A DNA stretch of 64,000 nt. Source: Betaproteobacteria bacterium Ga0077523. Lineage in GTDB: Bacteria > Pseudomonadota > Gammaproteobacteria > Burkholderiales > Ga0077523. Each line of letters begins with the position of its first letter. Position 1 is the stretch's first letter. The stretch covers positions 76,771 to 140,770 of the forward strand of contig LNDQ01000098.1 in NCBI GenBank assembly GCA_001464695.1, written 5' to 3'. A program made the position numbers and the translations under genes. A model generated the notes under the pieces. It searched no databases, had not been told where the DNA came from, and saw only the letters and a list, made by a program, of their open reading frames with translations. This document shows positions 46,301 through 55,033 of the stretch, in pieces.

Positions 46301-48460
46301 TCAGAAGTCGTAGCGGATGCCCGTCTGGATGAGTCGAGGCATGCCGGGCAGGATGCCGCGCGTGCGGTCGACGATGTAAACGTCGTCGGCGATGTTCTTC
46401 ACGGCCAGGAAGATGGTCGTGCTGTAGCGCTTGATGCGATAGTTGATCGCCGCATTGAACACCGTGTAGCTGTCGATGACTCCATACTGGCCGGATCGTT
46501 GCTGGTCGGAACTGAGCAGGCTCGATCCCGAGGCGTTGTCGATGTTCGCGAAGTCCGAATACTGTTCGCCCACATAGACTGCTTCCACGTTCACGTCGAA
46601 GCCCGATGCTGTCATGTAGCCCAGACTTGCCGTTGCCTGTTGTTTCGGTGCGTAGGGAAGGCGATTGCCCGCGGAAGAGCCGAGAATTGCTGCGCCATTG
46701 GAGACTTGGGTGAATGCCGTCGTCTGCTCGGCGACCGGCAGCCAGGTGAGCGCGATGTTGCTGTAGATGCCAATGGCAGCACCGACGCGCCCAGCTAGCT
46801 CGAGTCCCTGGAACAGAGCTTCGCCCTGCGACAGAGGCGTTGTCCCGCCCGCGATGCTGCCGACCGCGATCAGCCTTTCGAAGTCGTTGCGGAAAGCCGT
46901 CGCCTGGAGATTGAGCCCCTGCAGCGGTGTGGTGCGCACGCCGAGTTCATAGTTCCAGCTCTTCTCTGCGCCGACATTGGTGTAGGTCGCCTCGGGTCCG
47001 GTGCCGGTGGTGATCTGGTCTTCCACGCGCGGGGGGGCGAAGCCTCGGTGTACGCCGGCGAACAGCGTGGTCTGTTCGAGCAATTGGTAGGTACCGCCGA
47101 GACTTGGAATCACTTGCGAAAGGTTGTCGGTGCCGCTATTCCCGCCCGCCCGCCGGTCGGTGCGCTTGTTTTCGATGTACTCGTAGCGCACCCCGGGTGC
47201 GATGGACAGCGCACCGAAGATGAACTTGTTCATGACGAACGCGGAGTACGCCGAAGTCTCGCGCAGGTTGTCCTCGGCGACCGTGCCGGAACGGCCGGTC
47301 GGGCTGGTCGCATTGATCTGCAGTCGCTCCTGGTTCTCGAAATGCGCCCGCACGCCGACGTCCAGTTCGTTCGCGATGCCGAAGCCGTTCCAGTTCACGT
47401 GCAAACGGGGCTCGACGCCGAAACTGTAGTAGTCGCGCAGACGGCCCTGGACCGAGTTGCACGAATCCGCATTGACCGCCACGCCGTTCAGTCGGTTCTG
47501 GGTAAAGGTCCCGCCGCACTGGCCGTCAAGCGTATTGCTCGACTGCCGCCACCAGTCGCGCGAGAACGTGCTGCCGTAGAAGTTGGTGAGCAGCGCCACG
47601 TCCTTGTTGAACGTGTACTCGTGGGTCGCGGACAACCCGAAGCGGCGGCTGTCGAAGAAGTCGTTCTTGAACGGGTTGTAGCGGGCGCCGAAGTTGCGGT
47701 ACTCGGCCTCGGTGGCACCCGAATAGGTGACCTGCGATTCCTCGGTGAAGTAGTTGGCGCGCAGCGTGAGCGCCTGGCTGTCGCCGATGCTCAAGACTTT
47801 CTTCGCGTTGAGGTCGTTGATCTGGGTGTAGTTGTTCTCGCGCGCCCCTGCCGACTGCTTGTAGATGTAGTCGAGCATGAACCCGGCACCGCCCAGACGC
47901 ACCCGACCGCTCAGGTAGTCGTTGTTGCCGCCGGAGAGGCCGATCAGACCGCTGAACTCCTGCGTGGGAGTCGGCGTGATGTAGTTGATCACGCCGCCGA
48001 TGGTCTGCGGGCCGTAGAGGATCTGCCCGGCACCCTTCAGGACTTCGATGCGCTCGAAGCGCTCGATCGGCGGATGGTAGTAGCTCGCGTTGTCGCCATA
48101 GGGTGCGTACGCCAGCGGCAAGCCGTCTTCGAGCAGCGTCACCTTGGTGGAGCGGGTCGGGTTGAGGCCGCGGATCCCGATGTTCGGTCGCATGCCCAGG
48201 CCTTCCTCGTCGCGCACGTTGATGCCCGGAATCTTGCGCAGGGCTTCGTTTGTCGTGAACACGCGCGAGGACTCCAGCGTCTCCTTGTCGAGCACGTACC
48301 CTGACCCCGGGATGCGTTCGAGGTTTTCCTTGTTGCCGATGATGTCGACGCGTGGCGTCGCGAGGGGTTGGTCCTGATCAGCGGCGGCGGCGGGCATTGC
48401 GATGGCCGCCGCGCAGACGGCGGCGAGCGGGAAGAGGCGCTGGCGGGTAGCGCGTGACAT
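46301..48460 (-). CDS. TonB-dependent siderophore-type receptor
   Basis: Signal peptide MSRATRQRLFPLAAVCAAAIAMPAAA, plug domain (EALRKIPGINVRDEEGLGMRPNIGIRG), terminal ...GIRYDF. I trimmed the start to 48460, behind GGAGAC. Confidence 0.9.
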   Translation of the reverse strand: MSRATRQRLFPLAAVCAAAIAMPAAAADQDQPLATPRVDIIGNKENLERIPGSGYVLDKETLESSRVFTTNEALRKIPGINVRDEEGLGMRPNIGIRGLNPTRSTKVTLLEDGLPLAYAPYGDNASYYHPPIERFERIEVLKGAGQILYGPQTIGGVINYITPTPTQEFSGLIGLSGGNNDYLSGRVRLGGAGFMLDYIYKQSAGARENNYTQINDLNAKKVLSIGDSQALTLRANYFTEESQVTYSGATEAEYRNFGARYNPFKNDFFDSRRFGLSATHEYTFNKDVALLTNFYGSTFSRDWWRQSSNTLDGQCGGTFTQNRLNGVAVNADSCNSVQGRLRDYYSFGVEPRLHVNWNGFGIANELDVGVRAHFENQERLQINATSPTGRSGTVAEDNLRETSAYSAFVMNKFIFGALSIAPGVRYEYIENKRTDRRAGGNSGTDNLSQVIPSLGGTYQLLEQTTLFAGVHRGFAPPRVEDQITTGTGPEATYTNVGAEKSWNYELGVRTTPLQGLNLQATAFRNDFERLIAVGSIAGGTTPLSQGEALFQGLELAGRVGAAIGIYSNIALTWLPVAEQTTAFTQVSNGAAILGSSAGNRLPYAPKQQATASLGYMTASGFDVNVEAVYVGEQYSDFANIDNASGSSLLSSDQQRSGQYGVIDSYTVFNAAINYRIKRYSTTIFLAVKNIADDVYIVDRTRGILPGMPRLIQTGIRYDF

Positions 48461-48601
48461 GGTGCTGGTCTCCGGGAATGTTGTTGTCGTCGTTTCGCGC
48501 GTCCGGCCCTGCACGATGTCAGCGTCGCCGCGCGCAACTCGATGCCTCCCGCATGAGGCGAGGCGCTGCCTGGCTCAATGGCCAAGTCAGTTGGGCGACG
48601 A

Positions 48602-48620
48602 TATAACACGAATCATTCGT
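48602..48620. promoter_or_regulatory. candidate Fur box in the TonB-dependent receptor promoter
   Basis: TATAACACGAATCATTCGT matches the Fur consensus at 11 of 19 positions, including the AATCATT core. It overlaps a minus-strand TTGTTG-N17-TATATC promoter. Confidence 0.5.
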
Positions 48621-48827
48621 ATCAACAATATCGCTACCGAGACCCGAAAAGCCGGCCAGGAGGTCTTTGCCGAGGTCGACGGTGTCCGTCGACAACTTCG
48701 TCTCTGATTTTCTATCTTTTTGAAATTAAACAATGTTTGTTCGGAGCGCGGGTACTCGTGCGCGCCGCGCAACCGCCCCGTGGGCTCTTGGCGTGCCACC
48801 GCTACGCGACAAAGGATTCACGTTGAA

Positions 48828-48846
48828 CGATTGACAATCATTCTCA
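48828..48846. promoter_or_regulatory. Fur box overlapping the bfd promoter (-35 TTGACA)
   Basis: ACGATTGACAATCATTCTC matches the Fur consensus at 13 of 19 positions. TTGACA lies at 48832..48837 and the bfd ATG is 42 nt downstream. Confidence 0.65.
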
Positions 48847-48887
48847 TTCCAGCTTAATGTTCCGTCCACGGAGGAACGACAAGAACC

Positions 48888-49082
48888 ATGTACGTCTGCA
48901 TGTGCCATGGCATCACCGACCGACAGATCCGCGAAGCGGTCTGCGACGGCGTTGGGTCCATGCGCGAGTTGTGCGCGGAGCTCGGTGTGGCTTCCAGCTG
49001 CGGGCGCTGCGCGCAATACGCCAAGCAGCTTCTCGACGAGACATTGACCGACACACAGGTCCCGCAGCTCACTGCTGCGTGA
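48888..49082 (+). CDS. bfd: bacterioferritin-associated ferredoxin (2Fe-2S)
   Basis: MYVCMCHGITDRQIREAV...SSCGRCAQYAKQLL (C-x-C...C-x2-C). Confidence 0.93.
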   Translation: MYVCMCHGITDRQIREAVCDGVGSMRELCAELGVASSCGRCAQYAKQLLDETLTDTQVPQLTAA

Positions 49083-49319
49083 GTTGAGATGTTCCTGGGC
49101 GTGATCAGGCAGCGCCCAGCGTAGCTGAGGCGCACAGCCTTTCGCCGCATCTTGGGCGTTAGGTGAGATGTTCCTGGGCGTGATCAGGCAGCGCCCAGCG
49201 TAGCTGGGGCGCACAGCCTTTCGCCGCATCTTGGGCGTTAGGTGAGATGTTCCTGGGCGTGATCAGGCAGCGCTCAGCGTAGCTGAGGCGCACAGCCTTT
49301 CGCCGCATCGGCGGCGTTA
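49083..49319. repeat. three tandem 79-bp direct repeats, each carrying a GC-rich hairpin
   Basis: Units at 49083..49161, 49162..49240 and 49241..49319, about 95% identical, with a partial fourth start (GGTGA). Each contains GCGC(C/T)CAGC-GTA-GCTG(A/G)GGCGC. Confidence 0.95.
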
Positions 49320-49419
49320 GGTGACTCGTTTCCGTTCCCATTCTCGTTTCCGGTCATCGGAAACTCCGTCCGTTCGCCACGGGCTGGTCGCCTATACTCG
49401 ACCTCGTCACTGATTCATG

Positions 49420-49491
49420 TCAGTGGCGCCGGGCCGTCCCAAGCCGCTGACGCGCCCCCTCGGGGGGCAGCAACCACAGGGAGCGTGGGGG
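49420..49491 (+). repeat. REP-like element, family A
   Basis: TCAGTGGCGCCGGGCCGTCCCAAGCCGCTGACGCGCCCCCTCGGGGGGCAGCAACCACAGGGAGCGTGGGGG. Confidence 0.65.
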
Positions 49492-49519
49492 CCCTTCCAT
49501 CAGAGTCGAGGAGCGGTCC

Positions 49520-50002
49520 ATGAAAGGCGACAAGAAGGTCATCGGGCACCTGAACCATGTGCTGATGAACGAGCTCACCGCGATCAACCAGTACTTCCTG
49601 CATTCGCGGATGTTCAAGAACTGGGGCTTCGACAAGCTCGGCGACTACGAGTATCACGAGTCCATCGACGAGATGAAGCATGCGGACAAGCTGGTCTCGC
49701 GCATCCTCTTTCTCGAAGGACTGCCTAACCTGCAGGATCTCGGGAAGCTGCTGATCGGCGAGCACATCGAGGAGTGTCTCCAGTGCGACCTCAAGCTCGA
49801 GTTGAAGGGCCATCCGGATCTCAAGGCGGCCATCGCGCATTGCGAATCGGTGGGTGACTACATCTCGCGCGAACTGTTCGAGGACATTCTCGAGTCCGAG
49901 GAAGAGCACATCGACTTTCTCGAGACCCAGCTCGAACTGATCAAGAAGGTCGGGATCCAGAACTACATGCAGAGCCAGATGGGCGAGCACGGCGCTTCGT
50001 AG
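49520..50002 (+). CDS. bfr: bacterioferritin
   Basis: [31 protein letters not shown], haem-ligand Met, and [12 protein letters not shown]. Confidence 0.96.
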   Translation: MKGDKKVIGHLNHVLMNELTAINQYFLHSRMFKNWGFDKLGDYEYHESIDEMKHADKLVSRILFLEGLPNLQDLGKLLIGEHIEECLQCDLKLELKGHPDLKAAIAHCESVGDYISRELFEDILESEEEHIDFLETQLELIKKVGIQNYMQSQMGEHGAS

Positions 50003-50025
50003 GTCCGCCTCGCGCTTCGCAGACG

Positions 50026-50053
50026 AGAGCCGCCGTGAGGCGGCTCTTTTCTT
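50026..50053 (+). terminator. rho-independent terminator after bfr
   Basis: AGAGCCGCC-GTGA-GGCGGCTCT followed by TTTTCTT. Confidence 0.8.
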
Positions 50054-50111
50054 GGGCTCGTGGTGAGCTCCGTTACCATGGGGACTTCGCGTCGCTGAGG
50101 TCACCATCTTC

Positions 50112-51086
50112 ATGCGTGGATTCGCCCGGAGCCGGGCCCTGCAGTTCGTCCTGAGCGTGGCCTCGCTATGTGCGGTGGCGGCGTGCACGGCTCCCGCACC
50201 CAAGCCCGAGGATACTGTTGCGCAGGCGCCGGTGGGGCAGGCGACGCCAACGCCCGAGATCTTCATTCCGCCACCCAAGATCGCCCTGGTTCTCGGAGGC
50301 GGTGCCGCACGCGGCTTTGCGCACGTCGGCGTCATTAAGATGCTCGAAGCGCAAGGCATCAAGGCCGACCTGGTGGTAGGTACCAGCGCGGGCAGCGTCG
50401 TCGGCGCCTTGTACGCCGCAGGCTACGACGGCTTCGAGTTGCAGCGCCTCGCCCTTGAGCTGGACGAAAAATCGGTGAGCGACTGGATCCTGCCCAACCG
50501 CGGGTTCCTGCGCGGCGAGGCGCTGCAGAACTACGTCAACAATGCGGTCAAGAACCGACCGCTGGAACAGCTCGAGAAGCCGATCGGCGTGATCGCGACC
50601 GATCTCAAGTCCGGCGAACAAATGGTGTTTCGCCGCGGCAACACCGGCATGGCGGTGCGTGCTTCGAGCAGCGTGCCCGGTGTCTTCCAGCCCGTGACCA
50701 TCGGTGGTCGCGAGTTCGTCGACGGTGGACTCACCAGCCCGGTCCCGGTGCGTGCCGCACGCGACATGGGGGCGGAGATCGTGGTCGCGGTGGACATCTC
50801 GAAGGATCCGAACATCGCCACGTTGAGCGGTACGCTCGAAGTGCTGCTGCAGACCTTCACCATCATGAGCCGGTCCATCGCTGCCCAGGAGCTGCTCGGC
50901 GCGGATGTCGTCATCTCACCGGATACCCACGAGATGCGCAGCGCGAGCTTCGATGCGCGTCACGTCTCGATCATCGAAGGCGAAAAGGCCGCGCTCGCGG
51001 CGATGCCGAAACTGAAGCAGAAGATCGCAGAACGCGAAGAGCGTTTGCGCAAGGCAGCGCTGGCCGCGCAACAGCCAGCGAAATGA
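50112..51086 (+). CDS. patatin-like phospholipase (lipoprotein)
   Basis: Lipobox AVAAC, GGGAARGFAHVGV (oxyanion hole), GTSAGS (nucleophile) and DGG (catalytic Asp). Confidence 0.9.
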   Translation: MRGFARSRALQFVLSVASLCAVAACTAPAPKPEDTVAQAPVGQATPTPEIFIPPPKIALVLGGGAARGFAHVGVIKMLEAQGIKADLVVGTSAGSVVGALYAAGYDGFELQRLALELDEKSVSDWILPNRGFLRGEALQNYVNNAVKNRPLEQLEKPIGVIATDLKSGEQMVFRRGNTGMAVRASSSVPGVFQPVTIGGREFVDGGLTSPVPVRAARDMGAEIVVAVDISKDPNIATLSGTLEVLLQTFTIMSRSIAAQELLGADVVISPDTHEMRSASFDARHVSIIEGEKAALAAMPKLKQKIAEREERLRKAALAAQQPAK

Positions 51087-51096
51087 CACGGCCGCT

Positions 51097-52245
51097 TCAG
51101 CGGTGTGCTTCGAGCCTCGGGGCGAGGCTCTTCTTGCGTTTGTCGAGCCACCAGCCGGTCTGCACCGGCCACGACGCGTATTCGTTGTCGACACCCAGCG
51201 CCTCTTCCGCGTGCAGCGTCCAGTGCGGATTGCGCAGCGCTTCGCGGCCGATGGCGATGAGATCCGCTTCGCCCTGGCGCAGGATGTCCTCCGCCTGTTG
51301 CGGCTCGAGGATCAGGCCGACGGTCATGGTGGGAAGGCCGGACTCGCGACGGATCGCGGCAGCGTAGGGCACCTGGAATCCCGGATAGCGCTTGACGCGC
51401 GCCGCGGTCGCCGACCCTAGCAGGCCTCCGGACGAGCAGTCCATCACGTCCACGCCCAGGGGCCCGAGTTGTCGTGCGAGAGCGATGGAGTCCTCGACCG
51501 TCCAGCCGCCGTCCACGCCGTCCACCGACGAGACACGGAAGAACAGCGGTTTGTCCGCCGGCCATACCGAACGCACGTCGGACACTATTTCCAGCGCCAG
51601 CCGGATCCGATTGTCGAAGCTTCCGCCGTAGCGGTCGGTGCGCTGGTTGGAAAGTGGTGACAGGAACTCGTGCAGCAGGTAGCCGTGGGCGCCGTGCACC
51701 TCGAGCACCTCGAAGCCGGCGTCGATGGAGCGTTGCGTGGCCGCTTTCCAGCTCGCGCGCAGACGCCCTATCTCGTCGAGGGTGAGCGCCTGCGGCATGA
51801 GCCAGCCCGCGTCCATGGGGATCGCGCTGGGCGCTATGACAGGCCATACATCCTCGCCGCGCGCACGGTCGGTGTCGTCCAGGGGGCCGTTGCCGTGCCA
51901 CGGCCGTTGCATCGAGGCCTTGCGTCCGGCGTGGGCCAGCTGGATCGCCGGTACCGCGCCGTGGGCCTTGAGGAAGGTGGCGATGCGCTTCAGTGGCTCC
52001 ACGTGTGCGTCGGACCAGATGCCGAGATCACCGTGGGTGATGCGGCCATTGCACTCGACTGCCGTCGCCTCGGCGAACACCAACCCAGCGCCGCCCAGGG
52101 CGAAGCGCGCGAGGTGCGCGAAATGCCAGTCGCCAGCCATGCCGTCGACTGCCGAGTACTGGCACATCGGCGAGATGACGACGCGATTCTTGAGGCGAAC
52201 ACCACGAATGTCGTACGGCGAGAAGAGCAGGGGACCTTGGGGCAT
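51097..52245 (-). CDS. NADH:flavin oxidoreductase (Old Yellow Enzyme family)
   Basis: LKNRVVISPMCQY, IQLAHAGRKAS and VHGAHGYLLHEFLSPLSNQRTDRYGGS. Confidence 0.92.
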   Translation of the reverse strand: MPQGPLLFSPYDIRGVRLKNRVVISPMCQYSAVDGMAGDWHFAHLARFALGGAGLVFAEATAVECNGRITHGDLGIWSDAHVEPLKRIATFLKAHGAVPAIQLAHAGRKASMQRPWHGNGPLDDTDRARGEDVWPVIAPSAIPMDAGWLMPQALTLDEIGRLRASWKAATQRSIDAGFEVLEVHGAHGYLLHEFLSPLSNQRTDRYGGSFDNRIRLALEIVSDVRSVWPADKPLFFRVSSVDGVDGGWTVEDSIALARQLGPLGVDVMDCSSGGLLGSATAARVKRYPGFQVPYAAAIRRESGLPTMTVGLILEPQQAEDILRQGEADLIAIGREALRNPHWTLHAEEALGVDNEYASWPVQTGWWLDKRKKSLAPRLEAHR

Positions 52246-52253
52246 CGGAGGGT

Positions 52254-52703
52254 TCAGGTGTGGGGATGAGCGTGGACGTGATACTGGTAGTGGCCCGATT
52301 CGACTTCCACCGGGACCACGTTGACTCGGCCATGGCGTACGCCGGGCTGCGCGATGAGGGAATCGGCGAAGCTGCGCACGTCGTTGATGCGCCCGCGCAG
52401 CATCACGGTCTCTAGGCAGCTCTGGTGGTCCAGATGCACATGCATCGAGGAGAGCACCAGGTCGTGGTGGTCATGCTGCATCGCCGTAAGACGCTCCGCA
52501 AGGTCGCGCGAATGGTGGTCGTAGACATACGACAAAGCCGCCACGCACCAGTGACCCTCGGGCTCTGCCAGTCGATCGGACTCCAGCGCGGCGCGGACCA
52601 GGTCGCGCACTGCTTCAGATCGGTTCTCGTAGCGCCGGCGCTGCATCCAGGCGTCGAAATCGTTGGCGAGGGCGTCGCTCAGGGAAATGGTGATTCGCTG
52701 CAT
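52254..52703 (-). CDS. nikR: nickel-responsive transcriptional regulator NikR
   Basis: RHH N-terminus MQRITISLSDALANDFDAWMQRRRYENRSEAVRDLVR and a His/Cys metal-binding C-domain (HDHH, HVHLDHQSC). Trimmed from ORF 52254..52787. Confidence 0.9.
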   Translation of the reverse strand: MQRITISLSDALANDFDAWMQRRRYENRSEAVRDLVRAALESDRLAEPEGHWCVAALSYVYDHHSRDLAERLTAMQHDHHDLVLSSMHVHLDHQSCLETVMLRGRINDVRSFADSLIAQPGVRHGRVNVVPVEVESGHYQYHVHAHPHT

Positions 52704-52915
52704 GGCGTTGCGGATCGCGGATTCGGGAGCGCGAATGGTAGCCGAATCGCCGATTCGACCCGAAATCGTTGACGCAGCCGCGAGCACAAGACTATCTTAC
52801 TAACCTGTAACACTTCATACGCATCGTGGCGGTCGGGGTTGGCTTCAATCCCCCAGGCCGAAGCCGGCGGCAGGGTGCCAGCGGTGCGGCCAAACAAGAA
52901 AACAGGGAGATCCAC

Positions 52916-55033
52916 ATGTTCGGGCCCCATCCGCGGGGGCGGGGGAGCGTGCTTGCGCTGACCGCCGCATTGATCGGCCACTCTCAACTGGTGCGATCGC
53001 ACGACGTCGACATCCCGGCGAACCCGGTCAACATCAAGGGCCACTACGACACCGCCGTCGGCACCACCGATGCTTCGAGCGCCGGTTCGGTAACGTCGCG
53101 CCGCCTGGAAACGCGGCCGGTGCTGCGTGCCGGAGAATTGCTCGAGTTCGTGCCCGGTGTGATCGTCACGCAGCACAGCGGTGACGGCAAGGCGAACCAG
53201 TACTACCTGCGTGGATTCAATCTCGATCACGGCACCGACTTCCTCGTGCAGGTGGACGGCATGCCGGTCAACATGCCGACCCACGCCCACGGGCAGGGTT
53301 ACACCGACCTGTCCTTCCTGATTCCCGAACTGGTCAACCGGATCGATTACCGCAAAGGGCCGTATTTCGCGCAGACCGGCGACTTCTCCTCGGTCGGGTC
53401 GGCGTCGCTTCGGTACGCCGACGAACTGGAGAAGAACACGGCCACGTTGAGCTTCGGGAGCTTCAACTACAAGCGGGCCTTGCTGACCGGCGGCCCGGAA
53501 CTGGCGGGCGGGCGCCTCGTTTACGGCCTCGAGTTTCAGGGGACCGATGGACCCTGGGACGTCCCGGAGAACTATCGCAAGCTGAACGGCGTGCTGCGGT
53601 TCGTGAACGGCAGCCAGGCCGACGGCTTCAACGTCACCGTGATGGCCTACGATGGCAAGTGGGATGCCACCGACCAGATACCGGGGCGGGCTGTCGACCG
53701 CGGCGAGATCGGCCGCTTCGGGTCGCTCGATCCGACCACCGGCGGCACGTCGTCGCGCTACTCGCTCTCGGCGGCACGCTATGCGGACTTCGCCGGTGGC
53801 CGCTGGGAAGTGGACGCGTACGCCATCCGCTACGGGCTCAACCTGTTCTCCAACTTCACCTACTTCCTGGATCGCGACCAGGGCGACCAGTTCGAACAGG
53901 CGGACCGGCGCACCATCCTGGGCTTCCATCCGCGCGTGACGTTCATCGGCAAGCTCGGCGCCTTCGACACGATGAACCGCATCGGACTGCAGGGACGCTT
54001 CGACGACATCGACCAGGTGGCGCTGTTCGATACCGTGGCGCGCGAGCGTGTCGGTACCACGCGCGACGACAAGGTTCGTCAAGGCAGCCTCGGCTTCTAC
54101 GCCGAGAACTCCACGCAGTGGCTGCCCTGGTTCCGGACGGTGGCGGGCATTCGCGCGGATATGTACAAGTTCAACGTGAACAGCAGCCTGCCGGAGAACT
54201 CCGGCAACAACAACGACAGCATCGTGAGCCCGAAGCTGAACCTCATCTTCGGTCCGTGGGCCGATACCGAGTTCTTCGTGAACTACGGGCAGGGCTTCCA
54301 CAGCAACGACGCGCGCGGCACCACAATCCGGATCGATCCGAAAACCGGACTGCCGGCGGATCGCGTGACGCCGCTCGTCAAGACCCACGGCTCTGAAGTG
54401 GGCGTACGGACCCAGTTCATCCATGGGTTGCAGAGCTCGTTGTCGGTTTGGCAGATCGATCTCGATTCGGAGCTCCTCTTCGTGGGCGACGCCGGCAGCA
54501 CCGAGGCGAGCCGCCCCAGCCATCGTGAGGGCGTGGAATGGAGCAATCACTACGTGGCCGCATCCGGCTGGCTGATTGACCTGCAACTCGCCTGGTCCAA
54601 GTCGCGCTTCAGGGATGACGCGCCGGAGGGCAACTACATCCCGGGATCGATCCAGACCGTGGGCGCGCTGGGGGTCACCTACGATCCCGGCGGCAAGTGG
54701 TTCGCGTCGCTGCAGACGCGCTACTTCGGGCCCAGGCCGCTGATCGAAGACAACACGGTCACCTCGTACTCCACCAACCTTACCAACGCCCGGGTCGGCT
54801 ACCGCATCGACAAGACCTGGCAGGTGCGGCTCGATCTGCTGAACATCTTCGGCCGCAAGCAAAGCGACGTCGACTACTACTACCCCTCATGCACTCGCAG
54901 CGAACTCGGCGGTGGCGCCTACGCCAGCCCGGACTGCTCGGGTCCGGCCGGCACTCGTACCGGCATCAACGACATCCACTACCACCCGGTCGAGCCGTTC
55001 GCGGCCCGCGTCTCCGTCAGCGCGCAGTTCTAG
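52916..55033 (+). CDS. TonB-dependent receptor (divergent from nikR; candidate Ni/Co uptake)
   Basis: Plug domain (EFVPGVIVTQHSGDGKANQYYLRGFNLDHGTD), beta-barrel, terminal ...VSAQF. I trimmed the start to MFGPH at 52916, behind GGGAGA. Confidence 0.88.
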   Translation: MFGPHPRGRGSVLALTAALIGHSQLVRSHDVDIPANPVNIKGHYDTAVGTTDASSAGSVTSRRLETRPVLRAGELLEFVPGVIVTQHSGDGKANQYYLRGFNLDHGTDFLVQVDGMPVNMPTHAHGQGYTDLSFLIPELVNRIDYRKGPYFAQTGDFSSVGSASLRYADELEKNTATLSFGSFNYKRALLTGGPELAGGRLVYGLEFQGTDGPWDVPENYRKLNGVLRFVNGSQADGFNVTVMAYDGKWDATDQIPGRAVDRGEIGRFGSLDPTTGGTSSRYSLSAARYADFAGGRWEVDAYAIRYGLNLFSNFTYFLDRDQGDQFEQADRRTILGFHPRVTFIGKLGAFDTMNRIGLQGRFDDIDQVALFDTVARERVGTTRDDKVRQGSLGFYAENSTQWLPWFRTVAGIRADMYKFNVNSSLPENSGNNNDSIVSPKLNLIFGPWADTEFFVNYGQGFHSNDARGTTIRIDPKTGLPADRVTPLVKTHGSEVGVRTQFIHGLQSSLSVWQIDLDSELLFVGDAGSTEASRPSHREGVEWSNHYVAASGWLIDLQLAWSKSRFRDDAPEGNYIPGSIQTVGALGVTYDPGGKWFASLQTRYFGPRPLIEDNTVTSYSTNLTNARVGYRIDKTWQVRLDLLNIFGRKQSDVDYYYPSCTRSELGGGAYASPDCSGPAGTRTGINDIHYHPVEPFAARVSVSAQF

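Noticed and set aside
49083-49319. Possible CRISPR array or small repeated ORFs (MRRKAVRLSYAGRCLITPRNIS...) in the 79-bp repeats.
   Set aside because: The units are directly abutting with no spacers, and no cas genes are nearby. The unit length is not a multiple of 3, so the repeated peptides shift frame between copies. I treat this as a non-coding tandem repeat.
52781-52830. A canonical NikR operator in the nikR-receptor intergenic region.
   Set aside because: Only a single TCATAC hexamer is present, with no GTATGA partner at N16 spacing. Other palindromes there are noted in the findings, but I cannot assign them to NikR from sequence alone.
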